From an uncultured Bacilli bacterium (GTDB lineage Bacteria > Bacillota_I > Bacilli_A > RF39 > UBA660): DNA of 64,000 nt. Location of the stretch: positions 1,292 through 65,291 of the forward strand of contig CALVQD010000003.1 of the NCBI GenBank assembly GCA_944355255.1. Direction: 5' to 3'. Below the pieces are notes generated by a model. The model made no database searches and was not told the origin of the DNA. It worked only from the letters and a program-made list of their open reading frames with translations. The translations under genes were made by a program, and so were the position numbers. Shown piece after piece: positions 51,527 to 61,792 of the stretch; the first letter of the stretch is position 1; each line of letters opens with the position of its first letter.

Positions 51527-52404
51527 AAAGTGGTTTCGTAAGTTTAGTAGGAAGACCCAATGTTGGGAAATCCACTTTAATGAATCATATATTAGAACGT
51601 CATATTGCGATTACATCAAATAAACCACAAACGACGAGAAATGCAATACAAGGTATTTACAATGATGAAGAAGCACAGATTGTATTTGTAGATACACCGG
51701 GTATTCATAAACCAACTCATAAATTAGGTAGTTATTTAAATAAAGAAGCATACTATAGCATGGATGATGTTGATTTATTACTTTTTTTAGTAGATGCTTC
51801 TATGCCATTAGGGCCTGGAGATAAATATATTGTTGAAAGATTAAAACAAACGGACAAGCCCGTATTTTTAATATTAAATAAGATTGATAAATTAAGTAAA
51901 GAACAGATTATGAATAAAATACAAGAATATATGGATCTATATCCATTTCAAGAAATTATTCCTGTATCTGCACTAAAAGACGATAATTTAGATACACTTT
52001 TAAAAGTTATTAAATCTTATTTAAAAGAGGGAATCTGTTATTATGGAAAAGAAGATGTAACCAATCAATCTACCGAATTTGTACTTGCCGAAATGATTCG
52101 TGAAAAAGTATTTCGTTTAACTGAAGAAGAAATTCCTCATTCTGTCGCATGTGTTATAGAATCCGTAGAACAAAAGAAAAATTCTATTACCATTTATGCG
52201 AATATTATTACTGATAGGGAATCAGTAAAAAAAATTATTGTTGGTGCCAATGGACAAATGATAAAAAAAATTGGAACATATGCCCGTGAAGACATGGAAG
52301 AAATGCTAGGGAAGAAAGTATACTTAAATTTATTTGTTAAAGTTGTAAAAAACTGGCGTGATAAAGAGAAATACTTAAAGGAGTTTGGATATCAAGATTT
52401 TTAA
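51523..52404 (+). CDS. era: GTPase Era
   Basis: G1 GRPNVGKST, G3 DTPG, NKID, and a C-terminal KH domain. Confidence 0.93.
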   Translation: MKSGFVSLVGRPNVGKSTLMNHILERHIAITSNKPQTTRNAIQGIYNDEEAQIVFVDTPGIHKPTHKLGSYLNKEAYYSMDDVDLLLFLVDASMPLGPGDKYIVERLKQTDKPVFLILNKIDKLSKEQIMNKIQEYMDLYPFQEIIPVSALKDDNLDTLLKVIKSYLKEGICYYGKEDVTNQSTEFVLAEMIREKVFRLTEEEIPHSVACVIESVEQKKNSITIYANIITDRESVKKIIVGANGQMIKKIGTYAREDMEEMLGKKVYLNLFVKVVKNWRDKEKYLKEFGYQDF

Positions 52405-52545
52405 ATCATATTGTATAAAGTATTCATAAAAGTAACAATATATCAATAGGTGATATTATGAAAGAGTTACTTTGGGATTTATTTAAAAATACAGGAAAAA
52501 TTGAATACTATATGCAGTATAAAAAAATACTTGAACAAGAGACAA

Positions 52546-53286
52546 ATGATAGAGACAGTAGAAGGGATAATCGTTAGTACAATTCCCTATAAAGAATCAA
52601 GTAAGATATTAAATGTCTTTACGAAAGAACATGGATTAATTGGAATGATGGCAAAAGGTGCCAATAGAATGAAAAGTGAATTACGTAGTGTTAGTGATAA
52701 ATTAACTTATGGATACTTTCATATCTATTACAAAGAAGGGAAGTTATCTAATCTAATCAGTGTAGATGTGATTAATCCCTTAAAACAGATTAAAACCGAT
52801 TTAGAAAAAATTAGTTATGCTAGTTATCTATTGGAACTGACAGAACAATTAGTGAAACAAAACAATTCAGAAAGAATTTATCCATTATTTATGAGTGGTA
52901 TTAAAAAAATAGAAGATGGTTTTGATCCACTTGTTATTACAAATATATTAGAATTAAAATACTTAGAATACTTAGGTGTTATGCCAGTGATAGACAGATG
53001 CGCAGTGTGTGGTAGAACTGATTCTATTGCTACATTATCCAGTTATCTTGGTGGATATGTATGTAATTTTTGTCGTAAACAAGAACCATTAGTCGATGAG
53101 AAAATAATTAAATTAGTACGCATGTATTACTATGTAGATATATCTAAAATAGAAAAATTAGAACTATCAGAAAAAGTAAAAAAGGGTGTTAATCAATTTT
53201 TAAATGAGTATTACGACCGTTATACAGGTCTCTATTTAAAAAGTAGAGGATTTCTAAAAGATTTAAATGAATTAGAGAAAAGATGA
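52546..53286 (+). CDS. recO: DNA repair protein RecO
   Basis: OB-fold N-terminus and C-terminal zinc motif CAVCG...CNFC. Start taken at internal ATG (MIETVEGII); the track ORF begins at 52501. Confidence 0.85.
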   Translation: MIETVEGIIVSTIPYKESSKILNVFTKEHGLIGMMAKGANRMKSELRSVSDKLTYGYFHIYYKEGKLSNLISVDVINPLKQIKTDLEKISYASYLLELTEQLVKQNNSERIYPLFMSGIKKIEDGFDPLVITNILELKYLEYLGVMPVIDRCAVCGRTDSIATLSSYLGGYVCNFCRKQEPLVDEKIIKLVRMYYYVDISKIEKLELSEKVKKGVNQFLNEYYDRYTGLYLKSRGFLKDLNELEKR

Positions 53287-53325
53287 TGACATTTTAATTG
53301 ATAATATGGAAAAATAAATATAGAT

Positions 53326-53360
53326 AGTATCAAATCATTTGATACTATTTTTTTAAGAAT
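53326..53360 (+). terminator. rho-independent terminator after recO
   Basis: Stem agtatcaaat/atttgatact followed by a T-run. Confidence 0.7.
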
Positions 53361-53473
53361 TTTATTTGTCATATAAATAAGATTGACGAATAAAATAAGA
53401 ACGTGATACAATGCTTGTGCAGGAAGTTGTTTGATATATGTTTGATTGTTTGATTCATGAATGGGAGGAATAT

Positions 53474-54034
53474 ATGTCAAGCAAAAGTATTGAACAGTTT
53501 TTAGAAGTGTTTGTATGTTATTCAGCTTTATCGCCAAATAGTCCTAAAGTATATGAACAATGTGATGGAATGACTGTTTCTAAGGCACTTGTAAAAATAC
53601 CTGTGTCGGGACTAGATTATCATGATACGATGGTAAATATGTTAGAGAATGAGAAGTATCAAGATATGAATCATTACTTTCATTTTTCTCATTTGGAAAA
53701 TGAAAAATTATTATTTCACGAGATGATGAGTAAAATTGCCAAAGAGAAACATTTGGGAATTACTTCTGATAGAAAGTCTCGTATATTGTATTTACAACTA
53801 CCACTTGATACTGCAAGTGATGTCGTTAATCAATTTCAAAGAGATGTGGAAAAAACATTTGTAGATAAAGAACAACAAGATGGGAAATCATTTGCTACGA
53901 TGTTGGATTTGAAAATGAGACGTTTTGTAGAACATTTTCAGTTAAAAAATTATATTGATCGTATTTATCAAAAAGAAGAGAAACAGAAAGTAAAGAAATT
54001 GAAAAGTGTTTCGTATTCTGGCTATTCAGATTGA
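53474..54034 (+). CDS. hypothetical protein
   Basis: ATG with SD GGGAGG, preceded by a TTGACG/TACAAT promoter. No motif. Confidence 0.5.
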   Translation: MSSKSIEQFLEVFVCYSALSPNSPKVYEQCDGMTVSKALVKIPVSGLDYHDTMVNMLENEKYQDMNHYFHFSHLENEKLLFHEMMSKIAKEKHLGITSDRKSRILYLQLPLDTASDVVNQFQRDVEKTFVDKEQQDGKSFATMLDLKMRRFVEHFQLKNYIDRIYQKEEKQKVKKLKSVSYSGYSD

Positions 54035-54061
54035 CAAATTTTTAGAAATTGATTAATATAT

Positions 54062-54256
54062 AAGTATCAACGTGATGACGAAGAGGTATTTATGGAAGTG
54101 TCTTATCAAGTGAATTAGGGATAGTGGAAACCTAGTAGATAGTCATAAATATGGAGCTTCTGAGCGATATGGAAGAAAGCTGATTCTCTAAAGAGGATAA
54201 GTAAGGTGGAACCGCGGGTAATCTCGTCCTTACATTTCTCTTTAGAGTTTTTTTAT
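54062..54256 (+). promoter_or_regulatory. T-box riboswitch leader upstream of glyQS
   Basis: TTGACA/TAATAT promoter at 54032-54060. GA motif. T-box AAGGTGGAACCGCGG. Terminator tctctaaagag...ctctttagag followed by a T-run. Confidence 0.75.
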
Positions 54257-54270
54257 TTAGGAGGTTATTT

Positions 54271-55650
54271 ATGAATCAGTTAACGATGGAAAAATTAGTA
54301 AATTATTGTAAACAGTATGGTTTTATTTTTCAAGGAAGTGAAATTTATGGAGGACTTGCGAATACTTGGGATTACGGACCACTAGGAGTACTTTTAAAAG
54401 ATAATGTAAAACAAGCTTGGAAAAAGAAGTTTATTCAAGAAAATCGCTATAATGTAGGAATGGATAGTGCGATTTTAATGAATCCTAAAGTATGGGAAGC
54501 AAGTGGACATCTTAAGACATTTAGTGATCCATTAATCGATTGTAAACACTGTAAAACACGTCATAGAGCAGATAAATTAATCGAAGATTTTACCAAGGGA
54601 GAAGTTACTGCAGATGGTTGGACAGATGAACAATTATTAGATTATATTAAAGAGCATCATATTGTTTGTCCTAATTGTGGTCACTTAGATTATACCAATA
54701 TTCGTAAATTTAATTTAATGTTTAAAACATTTCAAGGTGTAACGGAAGATGCGAAAAGTACTGTTTATTTGAGACCAGAAACAGCACAAGGTATTTTTAC
54801 AAACTTCCAAAATGTGCAAAGAAGTATGCGTTTAAAATTACCATTTGGAATTGCTCAAGTTGGAAAAAGTTTTAGAAATGAAATTACACCAGGTAACTTT
54901 ATTTTCCGTATTCGTGAATTTGAACAAATGGAGTTAGAATTTTTCTGTAAGCCAGGAACAGAATTAGAATGGTTTTCATATTGGAAAGACTATTGTAAAA
55001 AGTGGTTATTAAGTCTTTCTATGAAGGAAGAAAATTTACGTTTAAGAGATCATAGTAAAGAAGAATTAAGCTTTTATAGTAATGCTACAACTGATTTTGA
55101 ATACAAATTTCCATTTGGATGGGGGGAATTATGGGGTGTTGCTAGTAGAACCAATTATGATTTACAAAAGCATCAAGAATATTCTGGACAGAGTATGGAA
55201 TATTTAGATCCTGAAACAAATGAGAAATATATTCCATATGTGATTGAGCCTAGTTTAGGTGCAGATCGTGTCTTACTTGCATTCTTATGTGATGCTTATG
55301 AAGAAGAAACATTAGAAGATGGTAGTACAAGAGAAGTGATGCATTTTAGTCCAGCACTTGCTCCATATAAAGTAGCAGTACTACCACTTGTTAAAAAATA
55401 TCACAGTGAAAAAGCAAATGAGATCTATGAAGAACTTTCTAAACATTTTAGTACAAGTTATGATGAAACTGGAAATATTGGAAAACGTTATCGTAGACAA
55501 GATGCGATTGGAACTCCATTTGCAATTACGATTGATGATGAAACGTTAAAAGAAGGAACTGTAACAGTAAGAGATAGAGATACGATGGAACAAATTACTT
55601 TGAAATTAGAAGAAGTTGTTCCATATATTGAAAAACATATTCAATTTTAA
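54271..55650 (+). CDS. glyQS: glycyl-tRNA synthetase (dimeric alpha2 type)
   Basis: 459 aa, class II motifs. Typical position after recO. Confidence 0.93.
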   Translation: MNQLTMEKLVNYCKQYGFIFQGSEIYGGLANTWDYGPLGVLLKDNVKQAWKKKFIQENRYNVGMDSAILMNPKVWEASGHLKTFSDPLIDCKHCKTRHRADKLIEDFTKGEVTADGWTDEQLLDYIKEHHIVCPNCGHLDYTNIRKFNLMFKTFQGVTEDAKSTVYLRPETAQGIFTNFQNVQRSMRLKLPFGIAQVGKSFRNEITPGNFIFRIREFEQMELEFFCKPGTELEWFSYWKDYCKKWLLSLSMKEENLRLRDHSKEELSFYSNATTDFEYKFPFGWGELWGVASRTNYDLQKHQEYSGQSMEYLDPETNEKYIPYVIEPSLGADRVLLAFLCDAYEEETLEDGSTREVMHFSPALAPYKVAVLPLVKKYHSEKANEIYEELSKHFSTSYDETGNIGKRYRRQDAIGTPFAITIDDETLKEGTVTVRDRDTMEQITLKLEEVVPYIEKHIQF

Positions 55651-55685
55651 AATAAAAAAGCCTATGAATTTATAGGCTTTTTCTT
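55651..55685. terminator. bidirectional terminator
   Basis: Hairpin aaaagcctatgaatttataggcttttt. Confidence 0.7.
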
Positions 55686-56342
55686 TCGTTTTGTTTTGGT
55701 ATGTACTTTTACAGGCTCTTTCACAATTGGCGGTGCGATTACGTCCTCAGATTGTGTGAATTGCTCTTTTTGTTCATTGATCTGTTCTAATAAATGATGT
55801 AGTTGTTGTAAATGTCTTTGGGTATTTTTGTATTCTGTTTCAAGGCGATGGTTTTCTTGTTCTATAATACGTTGATGTTTTTTTAATTCACTTAAGGCTT
55901 CATTGATCTCTTGTGATTCTTTATGCAATTCATCAATATTTGTTTGTTTTAATGTGTTTTTATCTTTTAAAATATATAGATGATAGACAGGAATTTCTAA
56001 AAGTGCTACGATTGCAGCAACCATATAACTTGTGATTCCAATACTTGTAAGAAAGGCAAGTGTTGTTGCTAGAATCAGTAGAATGATATTTAAAATTGTC
56101 ATCAATTGTAAATAACTTTTTTGTTTTTGGGAAATATGTGTTTGTGCTTTTTGATAAGTCTGCTTGTCCATATTTAGTTGTCTTAATTTCGCACACATTT
56201 CTTGTATTTCATTATTGATTTTATATATGTTTACATATTGCATTTGTCTTATACTTTTCATTTTTTCTAGTTTTTTATTTTCCGTTATCATTTTCCCTTG
56301 AATTTCTTGTTCTTTTTTTAGAAGAGCGATCAACTCTTGCAT
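55662..56342 (-). CDS. hypothetical coiled-coil protein with central TM hairpin
   Basis: Heptad-rich N- and C-terminal parts, with two central hydrophobic helices. Confidence 0.5.
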   Translation of the reverse strand: MQELIALLKKEQEIQGKMITENKKLEKMKSIRQMQYVNIYKINNEIQEMCAKLRQLNMDKQTYQKAQTHISQKQKSYLQLMTILNIILLILATTLAFLTSIGITSYMVAAIVALLEIPVYHLYILKDKNTLKQTNIDELHKESQEINEALSELKKHQRIIEQENHRLETEYKNTQRHLQQLHHLLEQINEQKEQFTQSEDVIAPPIVKEPVKVHTKTKRKKKPINS

Positions 56343-56466
56343 AAATGTTTCACCTCGTTTGTATTGCAGTTATTTTACCTTAATTTATGCTTTCTGTCAA
56401 AATTTAGAACAAACATGTTATAATAAAAAGCAAAATTACTTTATTTCAAAGAGATAATTTGATAAA

Positions 56467-57228
56467 ATGGAGTTGGTGATATTTATGTTATATCAGTCTT
56501 TAGAAAATCAAAAAATAAAAGATTTGAAAAAATTACATACCCATAAATATCGAAAACAGAAGCATATGTTTCTGGTAGAGGGGGAACATCTTGTTTTAGA
56601 GGCTTATCAAAGTGGTTATTTAAAAGAATTATTATTGGAAGAACACGAAAGTTTTTCACTTCCGGTAGAGACTAATTATGTAACAAAAGCAGTATTAAAA
56701 GAGTTAAGTAGTTTGGATACACCATCTTCTATTATCGGTGTCTGTTTTATGAAAGAAACAAAAGAATCGTTGGGAAATCATATTTTAGTATTAGACGGTA
56801 TTCAAGACCCTGGAAATATGGGGACGATTATTCGTAGTGCTGTGGCATTTGATGTCGATACGATATTATTAAGTGAAGATTGTGTCGATATTTACAATGC
56901 GAAAGTGATTCGAGCAACACAAGGGCTTTTGTTTTATATTTCAATTCAAGTTTGTGATTTGAAAGAAAAATTTGAAGAGTTAAAAAAAGATGAATATCCG
57001 ATTTATGTTACAAAAGTAGATGGTGGATTAGATGTGAGAACGATAACGCATCCTGATCGATATGTTTTAGTAATGGGAAATGAAGGAAATGGAGTAAGGC
57101 AAGAAATTATGGAACTTGCAACGGATTATTTGTATATTCCGATGAATGAGAAGTGTGAGAGTTTAAATGTGGGGGTTGCGACAAGTATTTTGTTGTTTGC
57201 TTTGAAGGATTGTGATTGTAATGAATGA
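56467..57228 (+). CDS. TrmH/RlmB-family RNA 2'-O-methyltransferase
   Basis: SPOUT motifs (LVLDGIQDPGNMGTIIRSA, MGNEGNGV, SLNVGVATSI). An alternative ATG at 56485 is possible. Confidence 0.8.
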   Translation: MELVIFMLYQSLENQKIKDLKKLHTHKYRKQKHMFLVEGEHLVLEAYQSGYLKELLLEEHESFSLPVETNYVTKAVLKELSSLDTPSSIIGVCFMKETKESLGNHILVLDGIQDPGNMGTIIRSAVAFDVDTILLSEDCVDIYNAKVIRATQGLLFYISIQVCDLKEKFEELKKDEYPIYVTKVDGGLDVRTITHPDRYVLVMGNEGNGVRQEIMELATDYLYIPMNEKCESLNVGVATSILLFALKDCDCNE

Positions 57229-57715
57229 AATATATATTGGAGAAATTGTTGGAACTCATGGAATTAAAGGAGAAGTACGTTTAATTAGTACATTTAGAGA
57301 AAAAGAATATGCTTTTTTAAAAGGAAAAAAGGTATATATTGGAGAGGATAGAAAAGAGTTTACAATCCGTACTTATCGTCATCATAAAAAGTATGATATG
57401 TTAACATTTGAGGGAATTGATGATATTAATGAAGTAATTGATATGCGTTTTTTAAAAGTATATATGAATCGGAAAGATATTGAGCTTAAAGTTCCATTAG
57501 AAGAAGAGTTTGTTGGTTTAGATATTTATTTTCAAAAAGAGAAAAAAGGAACTGTGGTTGATCTATTATTAAGAGATATGCAGGATGTATTGATTATAAA
57601 AGAAGATAAGAAAAAATATATGATACCCATTGATGAACATTTTATTGAAAAAGTGGATTTAAAAAATCATCGAATGATATTAAAGAATGTAGAGGCTTTT
57701 TTCAATGAAGATTGA
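57221..57715 (+). CDS. rimM: 16S rRNA processing protein RimM
   Basis: N-terminal IGEIVGTHGIKGEVRL. Located upstream of trmD. Confidence 0.88.
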   Translation: MNEIYIGEIVGTHGIKGEVRLISTFREKEYAFLKGKKVYIGEDRKEFTIRTYRHHKKYDMLTFEGIDDINEVIDMRFLKVYMNRKDIELKVPLEEEFVGLDIYFQKEKKGTVVDLLLRDMQDVLIIKEDKKKYMIPIDEHFIEKVDLKNHRMILKNVEAFFNED

Positions 57716-58370
57716 TATTTTAACATTGTTTCCAAGTATGTTTGATGGATTTTTAAATGAATCAATTATTAAACGTGCAATTGAAAAAGGAAAAGTAGAA
57801 GTAAATATTTATAATATTCGTGATTATTCAAAAGATCCACATAAGAAAGTAGATGATTATCAGTTTGGTGGTGGAAGTGGTATGGTGTTAATGCCACAAC
57901 CTATTTTTGATGCGGTAGAAGCTTTAAAGAAAGATGATACATTTGTTATATTAATGTCACCACAAGGGATTCCGTATAAGCAGAAAATTGCGCATGAACT
58001 ATCAATCAAAAAACATATTTTAATGATATGTGGTCATTATGAGGGATTTGATGAGAGAATTCGTTCTTTAGCAGATATGGAAATTAGTATTGGTGATTAT
58101 ATTTTAACGGGTGGAGAACTCGCTAGTATGGTAGTAAGCGATAGTATCATTCGTTTATTAGATGATGTCATTACGAAAGAATCAAGTGAGAATGAATCTT
58201 TTGAAAACAATCTATTAGATTATCCTGTCTATACAAAACCAGTTGATTTTAGAGGAATGAAAGTACCAGATATATTATTATCTGGTCATCATGAAAATAT
58301 TAGAAAATGGCGATTAGAACAGCAAAAGATAAAAACCCAAGAGCGTCGTCCTGATTTGTTGGAAAAATAG
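57705..58370 (+). CDS. trmD: tRNA (guanine37-N1)-methyltransferase
   Basis: SPOUT knot motifs and the MKIDILTLFP N-terminus. Confidence 0.93.
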   Translation: MKIDILTLFPSMFDGFLNESIIKRAIEKGKVEVNIYNIRDYSKDPHKKVDDYQFGGGSGMVLMPQPIFDAVEALKKDDTFVILMSPQGIPYKQKIAHELSIKKHILMICGHYEGFDERIRSLADMEISIGDYILTGGELASMVVSDSIIRLLDDVITKESSENESFENNLLDYPVYTKPVDFRGMKVPDILLSGHHENIRKWRLEQQKIKTQERRPDLLEK

Positions 58371-58391
58371 TAAGGAAAGAGTTGGTGCAAT

Positions 58392-58847
58392 TTGGAAAAG
58401 ACATACCGTTTAAATAAAGAAAAAAAGAAAAAGAAAATTAAACCATGTAATTTGAAAAAAATTGATGGATATGTTTTTACACCAAAGAATAAAATAAAGT
58501 ATCCTGGAATTACTGTCAAAAAGTTTAAAGCTGTTAATCCGGAGTTGATAGAAAATCTACTTAAGAAAAAAGTAAAGAAAAAACTAGAATTATATTTACA
58601 ATACTTATTTTATTTACTAAATGAAACTGATGGAGAACCAGGGGCAACAGATATGGTATTAGACGATTTAGCTCGTTATCAACAGATGGTAAAAAATTGC
58701 TACCAAAAATATTTAGGTGAACAATATATGATGGAATTAGAAAAACAGATAGAATACATTAAATTCTGTGCAAAACAAAGAGAACAGGAACTCTATCAAA
58801 TGAGATGGATGGAACAAATGAACCAAGAATGGAAAAGATCTAGATAA
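58392..58847 (+). CDS. hypothetical Lys-rich protein inserted between trmD and rplS (TTG start in the ORF track)
   Basis: Only a TTG start gives the 151-aa product; the first in-frame ATG would give about 67 aa. No motif. Confidence 0.35.
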   Translation: MEKTYRLNKEKKKKKIKPCNLKKIDGYVFTPKNKIKYPGITVKKFKAVNPELIENLLKKKVKKKLELYLQYLFYLLNETDGEPGATDMVLDDLARYQQMVKNCYQKYLGEQYMMELEKQIEYIKFCAKQREQELYQMRWMEQMNQEWKRSR

Positions 58848-58850
58848 TAG

Positions 58851-58879
58851 TTGCACTTTCTAAAATTTTATGTTATAAT
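58851..58879 (+). promoter_or_regulatory. promoter (TTGCAC, 17 nt spacer, TATAAT) plus hairpin-containing leader of rplS
   Basis: Consensus hexamers. Downstream inverted repeat gtgatc...gatcac at 58891-58919. Confidence 0.55.
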
Positions 58880-58945
58880 CTTAAACGTCTTGTGATCCGC
58901 TGATAAAGAATTATGATCACTGTAAAAGAAAAGGAGCGTGACATT

Positions 58946-59287
58946 GTGAATATTGTTGATAAGATTACTCAAAGTCAAATCCGTAAAGATATTCCAGAAA
59001 TTCGTACTGGATATAATGTAAGAGTCGGAGTTGAAATTAAAGAGGGAAACAAAACAAGAATTCAAAACTTTGATGGTTTAGTTGTCGCTGTACAAGGTGG
59101 AGGAGTTTCTAAGAACATTATTGTTCGTAAGAAATCAGGAGGAGTTCAAGTAGAAAGAACATTCCCAGTAAATTCACCAAAAATTGCTTATATTGAAGTA
59201 ACAAGAAAAGGTAGAGTAAGAAGAAATAAATTACACTACTTACGTCATATGACAAAAGAACCAAAAATCAAAGAAAGCAATAAGTAG
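58946..59287 (+). CDS. rplS: 50S ribosomal protein L19
   Basis: GTG start with SD AAAAGGAGCG. The conserved L19 core is present. Confidence 0.88.
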   Translation: MNIVDKITQSQIRKDIPEIRTGYNVRVGVEIKEGNKTRIQNFDGLVVAVQGGGVSKNIIVRKKSGGVQVERTFPVNSPKIAYIEVTRKGRVRRNKLHYLRHMTKEPKIKESNK

Positions 59288-59306
59288 GCGTAAATCGCCT
59301 TTTTTT
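59285..59306 (+). terminator. rho-independent terminator
   Basis: Hairpin aggcgtaaatcgcct followed by a T-run. Confidence 0.7.
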
Positions 59307-59325
59307 CTTAAATGGAGGTGTGAAT

Positions 59326-59811
59326 ATGAAAGTGATAAAATCATTAATTCCTTATGTGGTAATTATTCTTGCAGTCATATTGATTCGTACGTTTATTATT
59401 ACCCCAGTACAGGTAGAAGGTCGTTCTATGGCACCGACGTTAGAAGATAATCAAATATTACTTTTAAGTAAATATAAGAAAAATTATAAACGTTTTGATA
59501 TTGTTGTGATTGATGATGGAAATGAAAAATTAATTAAAAGAATTATCGGTCTTCCTGGAGAAACATTAGAAGTAAAGGACAATAAGTTATATATTGATGG
59601 AAAATATGTCAAAGAAGATTTTGAACATGATGATACTGAAGACTTTGTTTATAATGATAAGAAAGAAATTCCAGAAGGATATTATTTTGTAATGGGAGAT
59701 AATCGTGATAATTCGATGGATAGTCGTGTATTTGGTGCTTTTTCTAAAGATCAAATACTTGGAGTGACAACATTTTCTATATTTCCATTTCAGACATTTG
59801 GAAGTATTTAA
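59326..59811 (+). CDS. lepB: signal peptidase I
   Basis: Catalytic motifs GRSMAPTL (Ser) and KRIIGLPGE (Lys); GDNRDNSMDSR box E. SD GGAGGTG. Confidence 0.9.
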   Translation: MKVIKSLIPYVVIILAVILIRTFIITPVQVEGRSMAPTLEDNQILLLSKYKKNYKRFDIVVIDDGNEKLIKRIIGLPGETLEVKDNKLYIDGKYVKEDFEHDDTEDFVYNDKKEIPEGYYFVMGDNRDNSMDSRVFGAFSKDQILGVTTFSIFPFQTFGSI

Positions 59812-59835
59812 AAGCCTAGGATAAGGCTTTTTTTG
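59811..59835 (+). terminator. rho-independent terminator
   Basis: Hairpin aagcctaggataaggctt followed by a T-run. Confidence 0.7.
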
Positions 59836-59893
59836 TCAGGATTTCTCATTTAAAAACGAGTTGTTTTATGTTATAATGAAATAGGTGGTATGT

Positions 59894-61708
59894 ATGCAAG
59901 GTAATGGAGAACAAAAGGGTGGATTAAAAGATAGAATAAGAACTTGGTGTTTGAAGAAGAAAAAAGAAAAACGATTAAAACAATTACAAAAATTAGAACA
60001 CAAAGAAAAAGAACGCCAGTTAAAAATAAAAAATAGTCAAGTATTTTCAAAGCAAAATAGCCAAACACAATCACAAAAGAAATCTTTTTTCATGATCTTT
60101 GTTGGTTTTTTCGCAGCATTATTTGAATCTCCAACGAAAAAAAGAGAAAAACGAGAGATTAAAAAATTTGAAAAAAAAGGAGATGATGCTCCTGCAGCAT
60201 TACTTTCTTTGAAGGCTGATGTGAAAAACTATACAGATAGTTTCAATCGCTGTTTGGATTTACTTGGAAAAGAAGTAGATACAGTCATGAAAGTAGAAGA
60301 GTTTGATCGTATTCAAAGTTTATTGGATGACTTTGAAGAAAGATACAAACAAGTTGTAGAAAAGTATGAAGTAATTAAAGATCGTCATCATATTCGTGAA
60401 GAAGAGACGATGTTAGGCCTTACAAAGAGTAAAGAAGTTTTGGTAGATGAAGGAATGCCAGAGGAAGCAAGACAAAGTATTCTTGCAAGTACAGCATTTA
60501 TTACAGCCCGTTTAGAAGAAGCAAAAGAAAAATTACAACAAGTAAAAACAGAATTAGAAGTCAAAGAAAAAGAATGGAATATAGAACCTCCTGTAGAAGA
60601 AAAAGAAGAGAAGAAAGTCATTGCGACAATACATACGGGAGATGAAACGATTGAAATTACAGAAAAACCATTTCATAAAAAAGCAAGTATTGCACGTCCC
60701 AAACCAGCGATTGATTTTTTAAAATCACAAAATGAGATTATGAAAAAGTATGAGGAACGAATTGATGAGATTCATCGCTTCTCTTTTGAAGAAAAGAATA
60801 TTGCAGTGTTAGAGGGTTATGTGAAAGAATTAGATGAAATGCATCAAACATTAGACCAATCGTTAACTGCATACAAACAAAATCAGGAAAAATATAATAT
60901 TCATAGTTTAATCGCATTTGAAGATGTTCGTTCTTTTGATCGTTATCGTTTAACAGTAAGTGATGTGAAAATCAGAGAGATACTCCGTCATACAACTGGA
61001 GAAAAAGAAAACGTTGAATCATGTATTAAAGAACAAAAACAAAATCAAGAAAAGAAACAAGAAAAAGAAGAATTAGTAAAACAAGAAGTTCCAAAAGAAG
61101 AAGTGAAGATAGATCAAGTAACACTTAATACTGAAGAAATAGAACAAGCAATGGAAAAGATCAAAAATATATTGTTAGAACAGGAGCAGACATTACACGA
61201 TTTTCATATTACTTTAAGTAAAAGTAGTATTCGTGTCAGAAAAGAAAATCACTTTAGTCGATTTAAACACCTGTTATCAAGTTTTACTTCTATGTCATTT
61301 GGTATTATTAGTGTATTAACATTTCAAAATCCACTTATGAAAATATTAACTGGTGGTATTGCACTCAATGGAACAGTCAAAAATTTACGACGTGCGATTC
61401 TTCCTGATACAAAAGTAGAAATGTTAAATACAGAACAAATATTAAAAAGTATTAAAACAAAACAGAATTGTATTGAACATACGATAGATGTATATAGTTC
61501 TACTTTAACGGAAATCGAATGGTTAAAAGAAGATTTTGAACATGAATTTAAAGCATATGAGTCAATTCATGCGAAAGAGTATCAAGAGATTATGGAACAG
61601 ATTGAAAAATTAAAACAAACGGCAGAAAAAGAACTGACAGTTGCGGAAAATATGAAAGAAAATGCTAAAGGTGAAAAACAAAAAGTACTCACATTAAGTA
61701 AAAAATAA
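59894..61708 (+). CDS. large Lys/Glu-rich coiled-coil protein with two TM segments (unknown function)
   Basis: About 605 aa. Hydrophobic helices near residues 65-80 and 470-490. Extensive heptad-like K/E repeats. Confidence 0.5.
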   Translation: MQGNGEQKGGLKDRIRTWCLKKKKEKRLKQLQKLEHKEKERQLKIKNSQVFSKQNSQTQSQKKSFFMIFVGFFAALFESPTKKREKREIKKFEKKGDDAPAALLSLKADVKNYTDSFNRCLDLLGKEVDTVMKVEEFDRIQSLLDDFEERYKQVVEKYEVIKDRHHIREEETMLGLTKSKEVLVDEGMPEEARQSILASTAFITARLEEAKEKLQQVKTELEVKEKEWNIEPPVEEKEEKKVIATIHTGDETIEITEKPFHKKASIARPKPAIDFLKSQNEIMKKYEERIDEIHRFSFEEKNIAVLEGYVKELDEMHQTLDQSLTAYKQNQEKYNIHSLIAFEDVRSFDRYRLTVSDVKIREILRHTTGEKENVESCIKEQKQNQEKKQEKEELVKQEVPKEEVKIDQVTLNTEEIEQAMEKIKNILLEQEQTLHDFHITLSKSSIRVRKENHFSRFKHLLSSFTSMSFGIISVLTFQNPLMKILTGGIALNGTVKNLRRAILPDTKVEMLNTEQILKSIKTKQNCIEHTIDVYSSTLTEIEWLKEDFEHEFKAYESIHAKEYQEIMEQIEKLKQTAEKELTVAENMKENAKGEKQKVLTLSKK

Positions 61709-61743
61709 AATCTTAGTATGGATAGTCTTACTAAGATTTTTTT
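61708..61743 (+). terminator. rho-independent terminator
   Basis: Ten-bp stem aatcttagta/tactaagatt followed by a T-run. Confidence 0.8.
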
Positions 61744-61792
61744 GTGCTCTTAAAAAAATACGTTATAATAGAAATAGGAAAAGAGGGATAGG

